The notes under the pieces were generated by a model. It was not told where the DNA came from and searched no databases. It saw only the letters and a list, made by a program, of their open reading frames with translations. Made by a program: the position numbers and the translations under genes. A stretch of DNA of 64,000 nt from an uncultured Planctomycetaceae bacterium (lineage in GTDB: Bacteria > Planctomycetota > Phycisphaerae > Sedimentisphaerales > UBA12454). The DNA lies in NCBI GenBank assembly GCA_964449435.1, contig CAYUYR010000001.1:134796-198795 (forward strand), given 5' to 3'. Below, piece after piece: positions 18,249 to 27,811 of the stretch; within the stretch, counting starts at the first letter, position 1; every line of letters begins with the position of its first letter.

Positions 18249-18289
18249 CCTTACTTCCTTTTTTGATTCTGTGTTCTGCGGCTATAAAC
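18249..18289. repeat. Composite short-repeat block (CCTTACTTCC + TCTGTGTTCTGCGGCTATAAAC)
   Basis: Both word families sit side by side. 'CTGCGGCTATAAACAAAAAAGCC' parallels 'CTGTGGCTATAACAAAAAGGCC' at 28003. Confidence 0.55.
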
Positions 18290-18318
18290 AAAAAAGCCCC
18301 GCTATAAATAACAGGGCT
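18289..18318 (-). terminator. Probable terminator downstream of csp
   Basis: Minus strand reads GCCC-tgttatttatagc-GGGGC followed by T6. Confidence 0.5.
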
Positions 18319-18406
18319 TTCGTTTTCAATCCGCCTTCGTCAAACCTCCGCCGCAATGCATGCTATGTAGGGCGGGGGCTATGGCGGACAAGGTTGTTTG
18401 ATAAGT

Positions 18407-18610
18407 CTAAGCCGGAACCACGTTTGTTGCGCAGGGGCCTTTCTTGCCCTCGCCGATGTCGAACGAAACGCTTTGGCCTTCATCGAGAGTCTTGAAACCC
18501 TGAGCCTTAATCTCTGAGTGATGAACGAACAAATCGGCGCCGCCTTCGTCCGGTGTGATAAAACCATAACCCTTACTTGCGTTGAACCATTTTACTTTAC
18601 CTGTACTCAC
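18407..18610 (-). CDS. cspA: Cold-shock protein (CspA family)
   Basis: '[15 protein letters not shown]' (RNP1) and 'DLFVHHS' (RNP2). 67 aa. About 300 bp of AT-rich upstream leader. Confidence 0.95.
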   Translation of the reverse strand: MSTGKVKWFNASKGYGFITPDEGGADLFVHHSEIKAQGFKTLDEGQSVSFDIGEGKKGPCATNVVPA

Positions 18611-18920
18611 GTGATTACTCCTTAAATACTAAAAAACACTAAAAAAATAAGTAAACTGTCTCTCTACAACTATTTACCAGGAATTACTGCCGAGAGATGA
18701 AATAATGTCCCTGAAACTTTTTAATATACATAAAATCAACTTCTTTGCTCATTGTTAATAATAAATTTACCGCTAACATTAAACCAAAACAGCCGAAAAT
18801 TTGCAACAAATAAATCACAATTTATCCCAAAAAAAGACCTGAAAACATCGAAAATCATACAAAAACCAGCATTATTAGTCAAAAAACACGGTGTTATAGG
18901 ACTGAATTTATGGCAGATGG

Positions 18921-19970
18921 TTAATTTAATTTTGCTCTAAGCGTTTCAGCCCTGAGGATATCGCGCTGCTCGGCGTTGAGTGTTCGGCCTTTGTTCATCT
19001 GCAAGTGTGCAGGCTGGGTGAGTAAAAACAGCTCGTTTATCGTGTTAATCGATATTTCTTTTATTCTGCCCATATTTATACCCATTCTCAGGTTGCTCAA
19101 AAGGAACATAGCTTCGTGCGAGCTGATTAGTCTTGCGTTTTTCAGCACCGCCAAAGCGCGGGCGATTCTATCGTCCAGAATATTGGCGTCTTTGACCAGC
19201 AGCTTGTCGCGGGCCACTCTTTCGTATTCGACGATTTTAGGGATTATCAACGTCTGAAAATCTTCGACAATTTGTTTTTCGCTTATGCCCAGCGTAACCT
19301 GATTTGAAATCTGGAAGAAATCGCCGACCGCTTCCGTTCCTTCGCCAAACAGTCCCCGAACTGTAAGGTTCATATCCTTTACTGCCTCGAACAGTTTTTT
19401 AAGCTGCTCGGTCATTTTAAGGCCGGGCAGGTGCATCATCACCGAGACCCTTATACCTGTTCCGACGTTGGTAGGGCAGGCCGTCAAAAATCCGTATCGC
19501 CTGCTGAATGCGTATTCGATTTTTTCGCCTATGCAGTCGTCAATCCGGCTGATTTGCTCCCAGCATTTGTCAAGATTTAAACCCGGCGCAAGTACGCAGA
19601 GCCTTAAATGGTCTTCCTCGTTTATCTGTGCGGCGAAGAGCTCATTCGCGGCGATAACAACGCCTCGCGGCCCTCGGCCGATAGCGAGATTTCGGCTTAT
19701 AAGCTGTCTTTCGATAAGAAAATCCCGTTCGATACTGCTTCCGCCTGCGATGTCTATAAAAGCGATATCGCCCAGCCCGCCGAGCGATAGTATGATTTCC
19801 TTGAGGGTTCGCAGAATATTTTGTTTTTCCTCATCGTCGCAGCGGCAAATAAATCGATGTCCTGCCAAATTACGCGCAAGCCTTATTCGTGAGGAAACCA
19901 CAATGTCCGATAACGGAACATCAGGGTCGAACCATCGGCTCGTTTTCGTACTTAAATCTGTTAGTCTCAT
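18921..19970 (-). CDS. mcsB: Protein arginine kinase (ATP:guanido phosphotransferase)
   Basis: 'ACPTNVGTGIRVSVMMHLPGL' guanido-kinase active-site block. 349 aa. Start overlaps the mcsA stop. Confidence 0.9.
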   Translation of the reverse strand: MRLTDLSTKTSRWFDPDVPLSDIVVSSRIRLARNLAGHRFICRCDDEEKQNILRTLKEIILSLGGLGDIAFIDIAGGSSIERDFLIERQLISRNLAIGRGPRGVVIAANELFAAQINEEDHLRLCVLAPGLNLDKCWEQISRIDDCIGEKIEYAFSRRYGFLTACPTNVGTGIRVSVMMHLPGLKMTEQLKKLFEAVKDMNLTVRGLFGEGTEAVGDFFQISNQVTLGISEKQIVEDFQTLIIPKIVEYERVARDKLLVKDANILDDRIARALAVLKNARLISSHEAMFLLSNLRMGINMGRIKEISINTINELFLLTQPAHLQMNKGRTLNAEQRDILRAETLRAKLN

Positions 19971-20509
19971 TGCAGGTCTTTTAACCGGTCTCTGATTTTT
20001 GCCGCCAGCTCGTAATCTTCCTTCTTGACGGCTGCGTTCAATTGTTTTTGCAGCTCTTCGATTTTGTCCCTGTTGTCGTCCTCAGCGCCGTCGCCGCTTT
20101 GCGCCTTGGCGGGGACTTTGCCTTTGTGCGCCAGATTATTATCCTGTGTCTTTTCGATAACTTCTTTCAGTTCATCCTCGAAAATTTCGTAGTCTTTCGG
20201 ACAGCCCAGAAGCGCCTGTTTGCGAAACTGCTCCATAGTAATTCCGCATTCGCAGCAAACTTTCTTCGATATTTCAGAATCGCCGATTTCATCGCTGTGC
20301 TGATGAGCGGCGATGAGCGAACTCAAAAGCTCGTTTAGCGAAAGCTGGCTCTTTACAGACACACCTTCTTTTTGTGCGCAGTTCTGGCACAAATGGCTTT
20401 CAGTCCGCTGGCCGTTGATTATCTCGGTCAGATGAACCGTTGCTGTTTTGGTTTTACAAATCTCACACTGCATATCCGTTCGACTCCGCTCAGGAAAAGA
20501 CCGTTCCAC
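19967..20509 (-). CDS. mcsA: McsA-like activator of protein arginine kinase (zinc-finger + UVR domain)
   Basis: 'CEICKTK...HLCQNC' and 'CCECG' Cys pairs. C-terminal UVR-like 'AAVKKEDYELAAKIRDRLKDL'. Confidence 0.8.
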   Translation of the reverse strand: MERSFPERSRTDMQCEICKTKTATVHLTEIINGQRTESHLCQNCAQKEGVSVKSQLSLNELLSSLIAAHQHSDEIGDSEISKKVCCECGITMEQFRKQALLGCPKDYEIFEDELKEVIEKTQDNNLAHKGKVPAKAQSGDGAEDDNRDKIEELQKQLNAAVKKEDYELAAKIRDRLKDLQ

Positions 20510-20573
20510 TTTATTATACGAAAAAATCTCTTTAAAAAACCGCCAATCTTATATCGGCAGTAAAATAAAGCGA

Positions 20574-20948
20574 CTAAATAGACAAATTTTCACCGTATTT
20601 AGCCTTGCAGCCGGCAGATTCAGTAATCTCTGTGTATAAAGGACTTACGTTCACCGGCAGCCGTTGCTTTATTTGGCCGAAGATGTATTTTGCGATATTT
20701 TCGGCCGAAGTATTCATATTTTTAAAACAATCCAAATCTTCGAGTTTTTTGTCGTTAAAAAAGCTTACGATTTCGTCCAGAATTTTTTTGAGCCTATTAA
20801 AATCGAAAACCATTCCATTGTTGTCAAGTTCTTCTCCGCTAACCGCCGCCTCGACGAGCCAGTCGTGAATATGGTAGGGTTCAGCCGAGGCGGAAAATTT
20901 AAGCTGATGACCCGCTCGAAAAGTTGTCGTTACGGATATTGTGTACAA
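20574..20948 (-). CDS. queD: 6-carboxytetrahydropterin synthase / 6-pyruvoyl-tetrahydropterin synthase family
   Basis: 124 aa. 'FRAGHQL' and 'YHIHDWLVE' (His-rich Zn site pattern). Confidence 0.75.
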   Translation of the reverse strand: MYTISVTTTFRAGHQLKFSASAEPYHIHDWLVEAAVSGEELDNNGMVFDFNRLKKILDEIVSFFNDKKLEDLDCFKNMNTSAENIAKYIFGQIKQRLPVNVSPLYTEITESAGCKAKYGENLSI

Positions 20949-20957
20949 TTTTTTGTC

Positions 20958-21458
20958 CTATTTAATATGTCTTTCGGCAAGTCTCTTTTGCAGTTTTTCA
21001 TATACGCTTTGCGGAATCAGTTTCGAGATATCGCCGCCAAGCGCAGCGATTTCCCGGATAATGGTCGAGCTTGTAAAGCCGAACTCTTCACTGGTCATAA
21101 CGAAAACGGTTTCGATACCCGCAACAACGCGGTTGGTCATCGCAAGCTGAAATTCATATTGGACATCGGTAAGGTTTCGCAGACCCCGCAGCATCGCCGT
21201 TGCTCCGACACTGGCGGCGTATTCGACCGTCAGGCAGTCATAACTCTGAACAGTTACACCTTCGATTCCCGCCACCAGAGGTTTTATCATTTCGACCCGC
21301 TCGGCAGGAGTAAAGAGCTGGTTCTTCAGCGGACTTTTGCCCACGGCTACAATCAGCTCGTCGAAAAGTTTTACGCCTCTGTTTATTACGTCAAGATGGC
21401 CGTTGGTTATAGGGTCGAACGAACCCGGAAAGACCGCTCGGACAAATTTCTTCGCCAT
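20958..21458 (-). CDS. coaD: Pantetheine-phosphate adenylyltransferase
   Basis: 'AVFPGSFDPITNGHLDV'. Start trimmed to 'MAKKFVRAVFPG'. Confidence 0.92.
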   Translation of the reverse strand: MAKKFVRAVFPGSFDPITNGHLDVINRGVKLFDELIVAVGKSPLKNQLFTPAERVEMIKPLVAGIEGVTVQSYDCLTVEYAASVGATAMLRGLRNLTDVQYEFQLAMTNRVVAGIETVFVMTSEEFGFTSSTIIREIAALGGDISKLIPQSVYEKLQKRLAERHIK

Positions 21459-21511
21459 AATATACCTTTCGATTTGAACCTCCTCCAATTATAACCGAAA
21501 TGAATCTTTCG

Positions 21512-22195
21512 TCAAATATCATGCGCTGCACAAAGCGCAATTATCTTTTCGCGGTTTAGCCGTCGCCGCCTCGGCAAAGCGTTAATTTTCGTCTCGCACC
21601 TGTTTATGACCTGTTCGACAAGTTTAAGAGCCTCTTTTGCGCTTGCCGCCGAAACGAATAATCCGTGCCTTTCGAGGAATAATATCTTCGGCCCGCATCC
21701 GTATTTTTTTCGATATTGCGTTGTCAGTCTGCCGATTTTTTTCGCAAGACAGTACCCAGGCTTTGCGTAGGAAACCCATAAAGGCGCCGGTTTCGCATCG
21801 GCAAACAATTTCTCCAGTTCAGCCTTCCCGTTTTTAGCAATTAAAAATGCGCAAACCATAATCGGATGAAGATGAATTACGTATCTATCTAAAGAGATAT
21901 GCAGATTTGCCTCGATAGAAGGCCGGCGGTTTTCTTTCGTGTTATCCTCGCAGCAGGCGTTCAGACGCTCGGCGTTCTTTTTATCGCCGGTTATACGGCG
22001 GGCCTTTTGAAGGTTCATTTTTCGCCACCCCGTTTTCGCGCTCATATCTTTAAGGGCTGTCCCGCTCGCCTTTATGTACATAAATTTCCCGTCGGCTGTT
22101 TTTACGCTCGTATTCCCGCTGCCGTCCTGCGTCCAGTCAGCGTCTTTCCCGACCTTTCGGCTGATATATATCAGTTCTGTAAGTGCGGGGTTCAT
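21512..22195 (-). CDS. Class II aldolase/adducin-domain protein
   Basis: 'GSGNTSVKT...MYIKASGTALKDM', 'PSIEANLH', 'HLHP'. Resembles the aldolase half of bifunctional aldolase/SDR proteins. Confidence 0.65.
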   Translation of the reverse strand: MNPALTELIYISRKVGKDADWTQDGSGNTSVKTADGKFMYIKASGTALKDMSAKTGWRKMNLQKARRITGDKKNAERLNACCEDNTKENRRPSIEANLHISLDRYVIHLHPIMVCAFLIAKNGKAELEKLFADAKPAPLWVSYAKPGYCLAKKIGRLTTQYRKKYGCGPKILFLERHGLFVSAASAKEALKLVEQVINRCETKINALPRRRRLNREKIIALCAAHDI

Positions 22196-23556
22196 TAATT
22201 TCTCAATGATTGTATTTGTGCCGGTATTCGGCCTTTACGTTTAATGAAGTTAGGCGAGGCGGTTTTTGGTACTTTCATAATGGGGGCTGAGCCGAGCAGT
22301 CCGCCGAAATGTACGATTTGTCCTGCCTTTTTGCCCGGAATTGGTATAATTCTCACGCTTGTGGTTTTGTTATTCACAACGCCGATAGCAAGCTCGTCAG
22401 CGATTATTGAGCTTATAACTTCCGCCGATGTATCGCCGCTAACCGCGAACATATCTAATCCGACTGAGCAGATGCTTGTCAGGGCCTCGAGTTTTTCAAG
22501 ATTAAGGGCACCGCTGCGAACAGCCTTAATCATTCCCGCATCCTCGCTAACCGGAATAAACGTTCCCGACAAACCGCCGACATTTCCAGATGCCATTGCA
22601 CCGCCCTTTTTGACGGCGTCCATAAGCATTGCCAAAGCGGCAGTAGAGCCGGGTCTGCCCATCCGAGAAACACCCATCGCCTCTATTATTTCAGCTACGG
22701 AATCGCCGCGCTTGGGCGTCGAGGCAAGCGAAATATCGACAATACCGAAATCTATACCCATTAAGTCCGCCATTTCCCTGCCAATCAGCTCGCCGGCCCT
22801 TGTGATTTTGAAAACCGTCCGCTTTATAACCTCCGACAACATCGTCAAATCACATCTCGGATTATTAGAAACAACATCCCGAACAACGCCGGGGCCTGAG
22901 ATACCAATATTGAGCGAATAATCCGGCTCTCCAATTCCGTGATGGGCGCCTGCCATAAAAGGATTGTCCTCCGGCACATTGGCAAAGACCGCCAGCTTCG
23001 CACAGCCGATACCATTTTTACTGCTCGCCGCAAGGTCTTTAATAATATGGCCGACTTTTTCAATCGCCGTCATATTCATACCCGCTCTGCTCGATGCGAG
23101 ATTTAGAAAGCCGCACAATCGCTGAGTTTTCGACAACGCCTGCGGAATCGAATCAATAAGCAACTCATCGGCCTTTGTCATTCCCTTATGGACAAGTGCG
23201 CCGAAGCCGCCGATGAAATCGATGTCGGCAGTCTTGGCCGCCCTGTCGAGCGTTTTGGCGACGGAAACAACGGTCGAAATTTTTCGAGGCAGCGGCTCAA
23301 TCAGCAATGCGACCGGCGTTACGCTGATTCGCCGATTGGTAATCGGAATGCCGTATTTGTCCTCGAGCTGGTCGGCACATTGGTTCAGACGCTTGCCCAT
23401 TTCCGAAAGCCGCTTGTAAATCCTTTTATTAAAAGCGGCCGGGTTCCTGTCCATACAGTCTTTAAGATTAACGCCGAGCGTAACAGTTCTTATATCGAAA
23501 TTCTGCTCAATCGTCATCTTTACCGTTTCAAAAACCTCTTCAACCGATATTCTCAT
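22195..23556 (-). CDS. UPF0210 (DUF711/PFL4705-type) protein
   Basis: 453 aa. N-terminus 'VFETVKMTIEQNFDIRTVTLGVNLKDC' is typical of the family. Confidence 0.8.
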   Translation of the reverse strand: MRISVEEVFETVKMTIEQNFDIRTVTLGVNLKDCMDRNPAAFNKRIYKRLSEMGKRLNQCADQLEDKYGIPITNRRISVTPVALLIEPLPRKISTVVSVAKTLDRAAKTADIDFIGGFGALVHKGMTKADELLIDSIPQALSKTQRLCGFLNLASSRAGMNMTAIEKVGHIIKDLAASSKNGIGCAKLAVFANVPEDNPFMAGAHHGIGEPDYSLNIGISGPGVVRDVVSNNPRCDLTMLSEVIKRTVFKITRAGELIGREMADLMGIDFGIVDISLASTPKRGDSVAEIIEAMGVSRMGRPGSTAALAMLMDAVKKGGAMASGNVGGLSGTFIPVSEDAGMIKAVRSGALNLEKLEALTSICSVGLDMFAVSGDTSAEVISSIIADELAIGVVNNKTTSVRIIPIPGKKAGQIVHFGGLLGSAPIMKVPKTASPNFIKRKGRIPAQIQSLRN

Positions 23557-23673
23557 AATCCGTTCCTTTTATATATTCTTTGCCTTAAATTATATTTGCT
23601 GTCGTGCCGTTTTGCGAGGTTTTTGTTTCCTATTTTACTTGCAAAAAAAGCGGGCGGGATTAGAGTATCTAAA

Positions 23674-23710
23674 AATTTGTGTTTATTTGTGTGAATTTGT
23701 GGTTTAATAA
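23674..23710. repeat. Phased TGTG block (3 x ATTTGTG at ~10-bp spacing)
   Basis: aATTTGTGttt ATTTGTGtga ATTTGTGgtttaataaa. Confidence 0.6.
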
Positions 23711-23718
23711 ATCGAATT

Positions 23719-24297
23719 ATGTGGAATGTATTCGAATATCCGTTCACAGGAATCGCTACGACGGCCGCTTCGCTTTTGGCGGTATGGCTTTTCAATATCC
23801 TAAAACCCGACAAAAAACGCAAATGGCATTATTTAATACCGCTTTCAATTATTATAGCCGCTGTCGCTGTATCGTATTTCGTCCAGACCGACAGAGAGAA
23901 AATACTCGGTGCGGTAAACAAAGGCATCAAGGCCTTCAAAGAGGAGCAAATCGAGCCGATTCGGGAAATTATCGCAGACGATTACTTCGACGCTGTGCAT
24001 AACTCAAAAGAATATATAATCGCATACTGTCAGGCATTGTTCGAGACAGCGATGGTTGACAGGGTAACGTTTATCAGTCGAAAAACAGAGATAGAAAATG
24101 AGCGAGCGGTCTTTACGACAGAGGCGCTTGTAACTTTCGCAGAGGAAAGCGAAATAGCGAAAATGGGCAAGCCGTTTTTGATTGTCAAAGCAAGATTCTA
24201 TTTCGTGAAAACGCCGGATAACAACTGGCTCATCAACAGCTCTGAAATTTTGGAGCTGGACAGAAAATCTGTAAATTGGACGCAGATTAGGGGTTGA
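23719..24297 (+). CDS. Hypothetical membrane-anchored protein
   Basis: 192 aa. Two N-terminal hydrophobic helices. No family recognised. Confidence 0.5.
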   Translation: MWNVFEYPFTGIATTAASLLAVWLFNILKPDKKRKWHYLIPLSIIIAAVAVSYFVQTDREKILGAVNKGIKAFKEEQIEPIREIIADDYFDAVHNSKEYIIAYCQALFETAMVDRVTFISRKTEIENERAVFTTEALVTFAEESEIAKMGKPFLIVKARFYFVKTPDNNWLINSSEILELDRKSVNWTQIRG

Positions 24298-24311
24298 TGA
24301 TTCAACCGCGG

Positions 24312-24341
24312 ATTCCACGGATAACACGGAATTACACGGTG
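24312..24341. repeat. Phased CACGG block (3 x CACGG[AT] at 9-10-bp spacing)
   Basis: attcCACGGAtaaCACGGAattaCACGGTg. Confidence 0.6.
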
Positions 24342-24363
24342 TTTTTAAAATTTAAATAATTAA

Positions 24364-24427
24364 ATCTCTGTGGCAGGAAATAAAACGCATTTAGTCGGTG
24401 GCAAAAATAGACTTTGTGGCTAAAATT
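24364..24427. repeat. TGTGGC-type blocks (CTCTGTGGCA..., GTCGGTGGCA..., CTTTGTGGCTAAAA)
   Basis: Three [CT]GTGGC words, each followed by an A-rich tail. Confidence 0.55.
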
Positions 24428-24439
24428 TGAAATTTTTTC

Positions 24440-24468
24440 TTGACTTTAAAATCTCTCATTGCAATAAT
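24440..24468 (+). promoter_or_regulatory. Sigma-70-like promoter
   Basis: TTGACT - 17 nt - AATAAT, about 125 nt upstream of the 24595 start. Confidence 0.45.
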
Positions 24469-24594
24469 GAACAAGGACAAAAACACAGTGGAGAAAATCA
24501 AGAGATAATTTATTTGGAGAGAACTTGCGCTGCGAGAGGAATAGATTTATGGTGAGCGAACTTGCCCCCAGGAGGAATAGAAGGAGTCGAACCA

Positions 24595-25314
24595 ATGGAA
24601 CATAAAATTTTTCCGGCCGTTTTTGTTTTTCTAATCATCACAGCAATCTCATCGGCCCAGTATGACTATCCCGATTTGGCGGGCGACGCCAATATAATAA
24701 ATTTTTCCGATTTTACCGTCTTTGCGGAAAACTGGCAGCAAACCGGCGCCGGACTGGCGGGAGATTTCGACGATAGCGGCAAAGTCGATTTTCACGATTT
24801 GGCCTATCTTTCCTATTACTGGCTTACCGCACAATGGGAATGCAGGGAAATCGACCTCGACTACAGCGGCCTGATTGATTTTTCCGATTTTGTAATTTTC
24901 GCCGACTGCTGGCTGGCAGAGGCGGGCGGTCCGAACTATAATACAAATTGCGATTTTGACGATGATAATATAGTTAATGTTTACGATTTAAAGGCCTTTT
25001 GCGATTGCTGGCTCAAAGGCACAAGACCGCAGGATGTTTGGGAACGGTTCAAGTCGGCGCTGGCCGCAGGCGATATAAATCAAGCCGTTAGTTATTTTAC
25101 AAAAGACGAATCAGAAAAATATCGTGTTTTCTTTCAGGAACTCCAAACGCACCTCTCGCAAATGGTCAGCGAAATGGGCGAGTTGATTCTGATTGAGCGA
25201 TACGAAAATATTGCTTATTATGACCTTTTGCGACAGGAAAATGAAGAAACTTACGGTTATCCTGTGCTTTTCGTCAAGGATGAATATAGCCACTGGAAAA
25301 TAAGTGATTTTTAA
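24595..25314 (+). CDS. Secreted protein with three dockerin-like (EF-hand type) repeats
   Basis: Signal peptide 'MEHKIFPAVFVFLIITAISSAQ'. Repeats 'DFDDSGKVDFHDLAYLSYYW', 'DLDYSGLIDFSDFVIFADCW', 'DFDDDNIVNVYDLKAFCDCW'. Confidence 0.6.
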   Translation: MEHKIFPAVFVFLIITAISSAQYDYPDLAGDANIINFSDFTVFAENWQQTGAGLAGDFDDSGKVDFHDLAYLSYYWLTAQWECREIDLDYSGLIDFSDFVIFADCWLAEAGGPNYNTNCDFDDDNIVNVYDLKAFCDCWLKGTRPQDVWERFKSALAAGDINQAVSYFTKDESEKYRVFFQELQTHLSQMVSEMGELILIERYENIAYYDLLRQENEETYGYPVLFVKDEYSHWKISDF

Positions 25315-25355
25315 ATATAGACTTAAGAATAAAAATTTTAGATTAGGATTTGGTT

Positions 25356-25679
25356 ATGGAAAATAAAGAAAAAAAATTTCAGTTATCTTTTTTTGCATTT
25401 ATTCTGAGTTTAATATCAATACCTCTTCAAATAAGTTGTCTGCTAATGGTGAATTTTGATTCAGCAGGTTTAAATCCGGTTATTGGTGCATTAAAGCCGC
25501 TTGCATATTATGGAAGTCTGATTATTCCTGCATCAGCATTTCTGTTGGGCGGTATTACATTGTTTATTAAAACTTCTTTTAAAAAATATGCGGTAGCAGC
25601 GATGATAGTAAGTGTTTTATCAGTGGCTGTTTTTTATATAGTGTTAATGACTGATTTAATGCTTAATTTTCCGAAGTGA
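25356..25679 (+). CDS. Small hypothetical membrane protein
   Basis: About 107 aa with three hydrophobic helices. AT-rich. Confidence 0.4.
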   Translation: MENKEKKFQLSFFAFILSLISIPLQISCLLMVNFDSAGLNPVIGALKPLAYYGSLIIPASAFLLGGITLFIKTSFKKYAVAAMIVSVLSVAVFYIVLMTDLMLNFPK

Positions 25680-25701
25680 AATAGCGGAGAGAAAATATAA
25701 A

Positions 25702-27810
25702 ATGAGAAAATTAAAAACAGGTTTAGTTATTGTTTGTTTAGTTTGTTTTTGCCAACTATTATATGCCTTTGAAAACAAATATACCCATCCGGCAATAACA
25801 AAAGAGGCGGTCAATAATACTACCTCGCAAATAGATGATTATTTGAAAACGCAACTGGGTTTCGGTAGTGGATTAACGACGGAATTATACTGGAATTTCC
25901 CATCGGATATAGAGAAAAGAATAAAAGCAGGTGATGCAAACCCTGCCGAGAAAACCAGAACCATGCTCGAATGGATTAAAACTGGCAGTAATATTGAAGA
26001 TGAAGATGGAAGTGTATTTGTACCTCCTTACAGGGCACGACATCATTTTCATGACCCATATCGCAATGCTGGTTTGGATAATCATACCGATAATCCCGGT
26101 TGGGATGCCCCTTTCTGGTCGAGTTGGCTTCCGTTAGGAGAATCAGCATTGGATTGGGCAATAATTGGTCATAGTTCTTATGAGCCGTACAATAATCATG
26201 ATAAATGGATTACGGCAAGGAATATATTTTATCATTCCTTGACGGAGCCAAACAAAGCATCGCGTGAGGCATATTTGGCAGAATCTCTTATGAAATTAGG
26301 CTGTCTGTTGCATCTGCTTGAGGATATGGGAGTTCCTGCGCATACAAGAAACGATTTTCTCTTTGCGCATTTCAGAAGCGCCACAGCTTTTGGCAATCCG
26401 CTGGAAGAATGGGTTGAACAAAAGATAAAAAATAACGGTGGTAATATTCCGTCAAGTTTTCTTGCTGGCTGGACGCCGACACCGCAAGTTTTTGACAAAG
26501 TTTCGAGATATTTTGATACGGATATATACACAGGCAATTATCTTGGTGATGGCGTTCCGACTCCCGGCACGTGGGGGCTGTCGGAGAGAACTAATTATCA
26601 GTTTTTATCTTATAGTACAATTTTCAGGGCGGATGATGGCACAAAATATTATTTCCCTCATCCAGATCCTTGTAATACAAGCCCGCATATAGATTCATCC
26701 TGGTGGTACAAACGTCGTTACAAAACCGGCTACGGCATAACTCACTTGGCCAGAACAAAATATATAACAAAATATGCTGAGGATTATTTAGGGACTCCAT
26801 ATGCCGAGTCTGTAATACCGTATGATACGACTTTTGATAAAGCTATTTATAACGATTATGCGGCGATAACTTTGCCACGGACGATTAACTATGCGGCCGG
26901 GCTGGTTAATTACTTCTTCCGCGGCAGGTTAAGCGTGGAAGCCGAATGTATAGAATGTGATGTCTTTGAGCTTACTATTACCAATAAGTCAAGTAATTCC
27001 GGGACGCCGCAGACCTTAAAAGACGGCGATTTCGAGTTGTACTGGGAAGATGCGGCGGGCAATAGGGCGGAGGTGCCGGATTGCGGCATTGACGGCGGCT
27101 GGGCGTCGAGCAGCACTTTGGCTTATGATGGGACTGTAACGGCGACATTTATTAAGCCGACGGCGGGAGAGCCTGTTAAGTATATTTTGGTTTATAGGGG
27201 CAATATCTGTGAAAATCCGAACCAGCCGGATGCCGATGATGAAACCGCCATAGCCGTAACTGTCTTCGCTCCTCCATCGGACAATTGCTGTGTTGTAGTA
27301 GGGGCTTGTTGTTTGCCAGATGCGGATTGCAACCAAATAACGGAAAATGATTGCGCAGCACTTGGGGGCTATTGGCTTGGTGAAGACACCTCTTGCGATG
27401 ATTGTTATGTCGAAGGCGCAGGATGTTGCAACGTATATCCAGCACCAAAGTATAGATTTGTATCTCTGATTGGGTGGACAAGCCCCAGTTTTGAAGGATG
27501 CCCACGTTATGTGTTAAAAACATCGTCATTTATTGTATCTTTAACTATTGCATTTGGAGACGATTGCACTTATGACACGGGCTCTATCTCTGCCGTAGCA
27601 GACAGCTATCGGTACAATACAGATACAGGAGAGTGCGTTTACAGAGCGACTTGGGGGGGGTCATTGACTCTTGGCGTAAGTGTGGATAAAACGTTTGTTT
27701 CTTTTGGGTTGGAGGATGGTGAGGTTCTTTTTAGTGGTGAAAATGAGAGCTGTGGCGGAAGCGTCAGCAATACAATAGAAGAGTATGGGGGGAGCGCATC
27801 GGTGCGTTGA
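25702..27810 (+). CDS. Secreted zinc-dependent phospholipase C / S1-P1 nuclease-superfamily-like protein with a Cys-rich C-terminal region
   Basis: Signal peptide. 'YTHPAIT', 'ARHHFHDPY', 'HLLEDMGVPAHTRND' follow the His/Asp metal-site spacing of the PLC/P1 fold. C-terminus 'GACCLPDADCNQITENDCAALGGYWLGEDTSCDDC'. Confidence 0.5.
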   Translation: MRKLKTGLVIVCLVCFCQLLYAFENKYTHPAITKEAVNNTTSQIDDYLKTQLGFGSGLTTELYWNFPSDIEKRIKAGDANPAEKTRTMLEWIKTGSNIEDEDGSVFVPPYRARHHFHDPYRNAGLDNHTDNPGWDAPFWSSWLPLGESALDWAIIGHSSYEPYNNHDKWITARNIFYHSLTEPNKASREAYLAESLMKLGCLLHLLEDMGVPAHTRNDFLFAHFRSATAFGNPLEEWVEQKIKNNGGNIPSSFLAGWTPTPQVFDKVSRYFDTDIYTGNYLGDGVPTPGTWGLSERTNYQFLSYSTIFRADDGTKYYFPHPDPCNTSPHIDSSWWYKRRYKTGYGITHLARTKYITKYAEDYLGTPYAESVIPYDTTFDKAIYNDYAAITLPRTINYAAGLVNYFFRGRLSVEAECIECDVFELTITNKSSNSGTPQTLKDGDFELYWEDAAGNRAEVPDCGIDGGWASSSTLAYDGTVTATFIKPTAGEPVKYILVYRGNICENPNQPDADDETAIAVTVFAPPSDNCCVVVGACCLPDADCNQITENDCAALGGYWLGEDTSCDDCYVEGAGCCNVYPAPKYRFVSLIGWTSPSFEGCPRYVLKTSSFIVSLTIAFGDDCTYDTGSISAVADSYRYNTDTGECVYRATWGGSLTLGVSVDKTFVSFGLEDGEVLFSGENESCGGSVSNTIEEYGGSASVR

Positions 27811-27811
27811 T

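Noticed and set aside
23553-23822. 89-aa ORF overlapping the start of the UPF0210 gene. The size and position match the ACT-domain (UPF0237) partner that usually precedes UPF0210 genes.
   Set aside because: The sequence has no ACT-like pattern and is Lys/His/Phe-rich. It lies in AT-rich promoter-like DNA and overlaps the start of the better-supported plus-strand gene at 23719.
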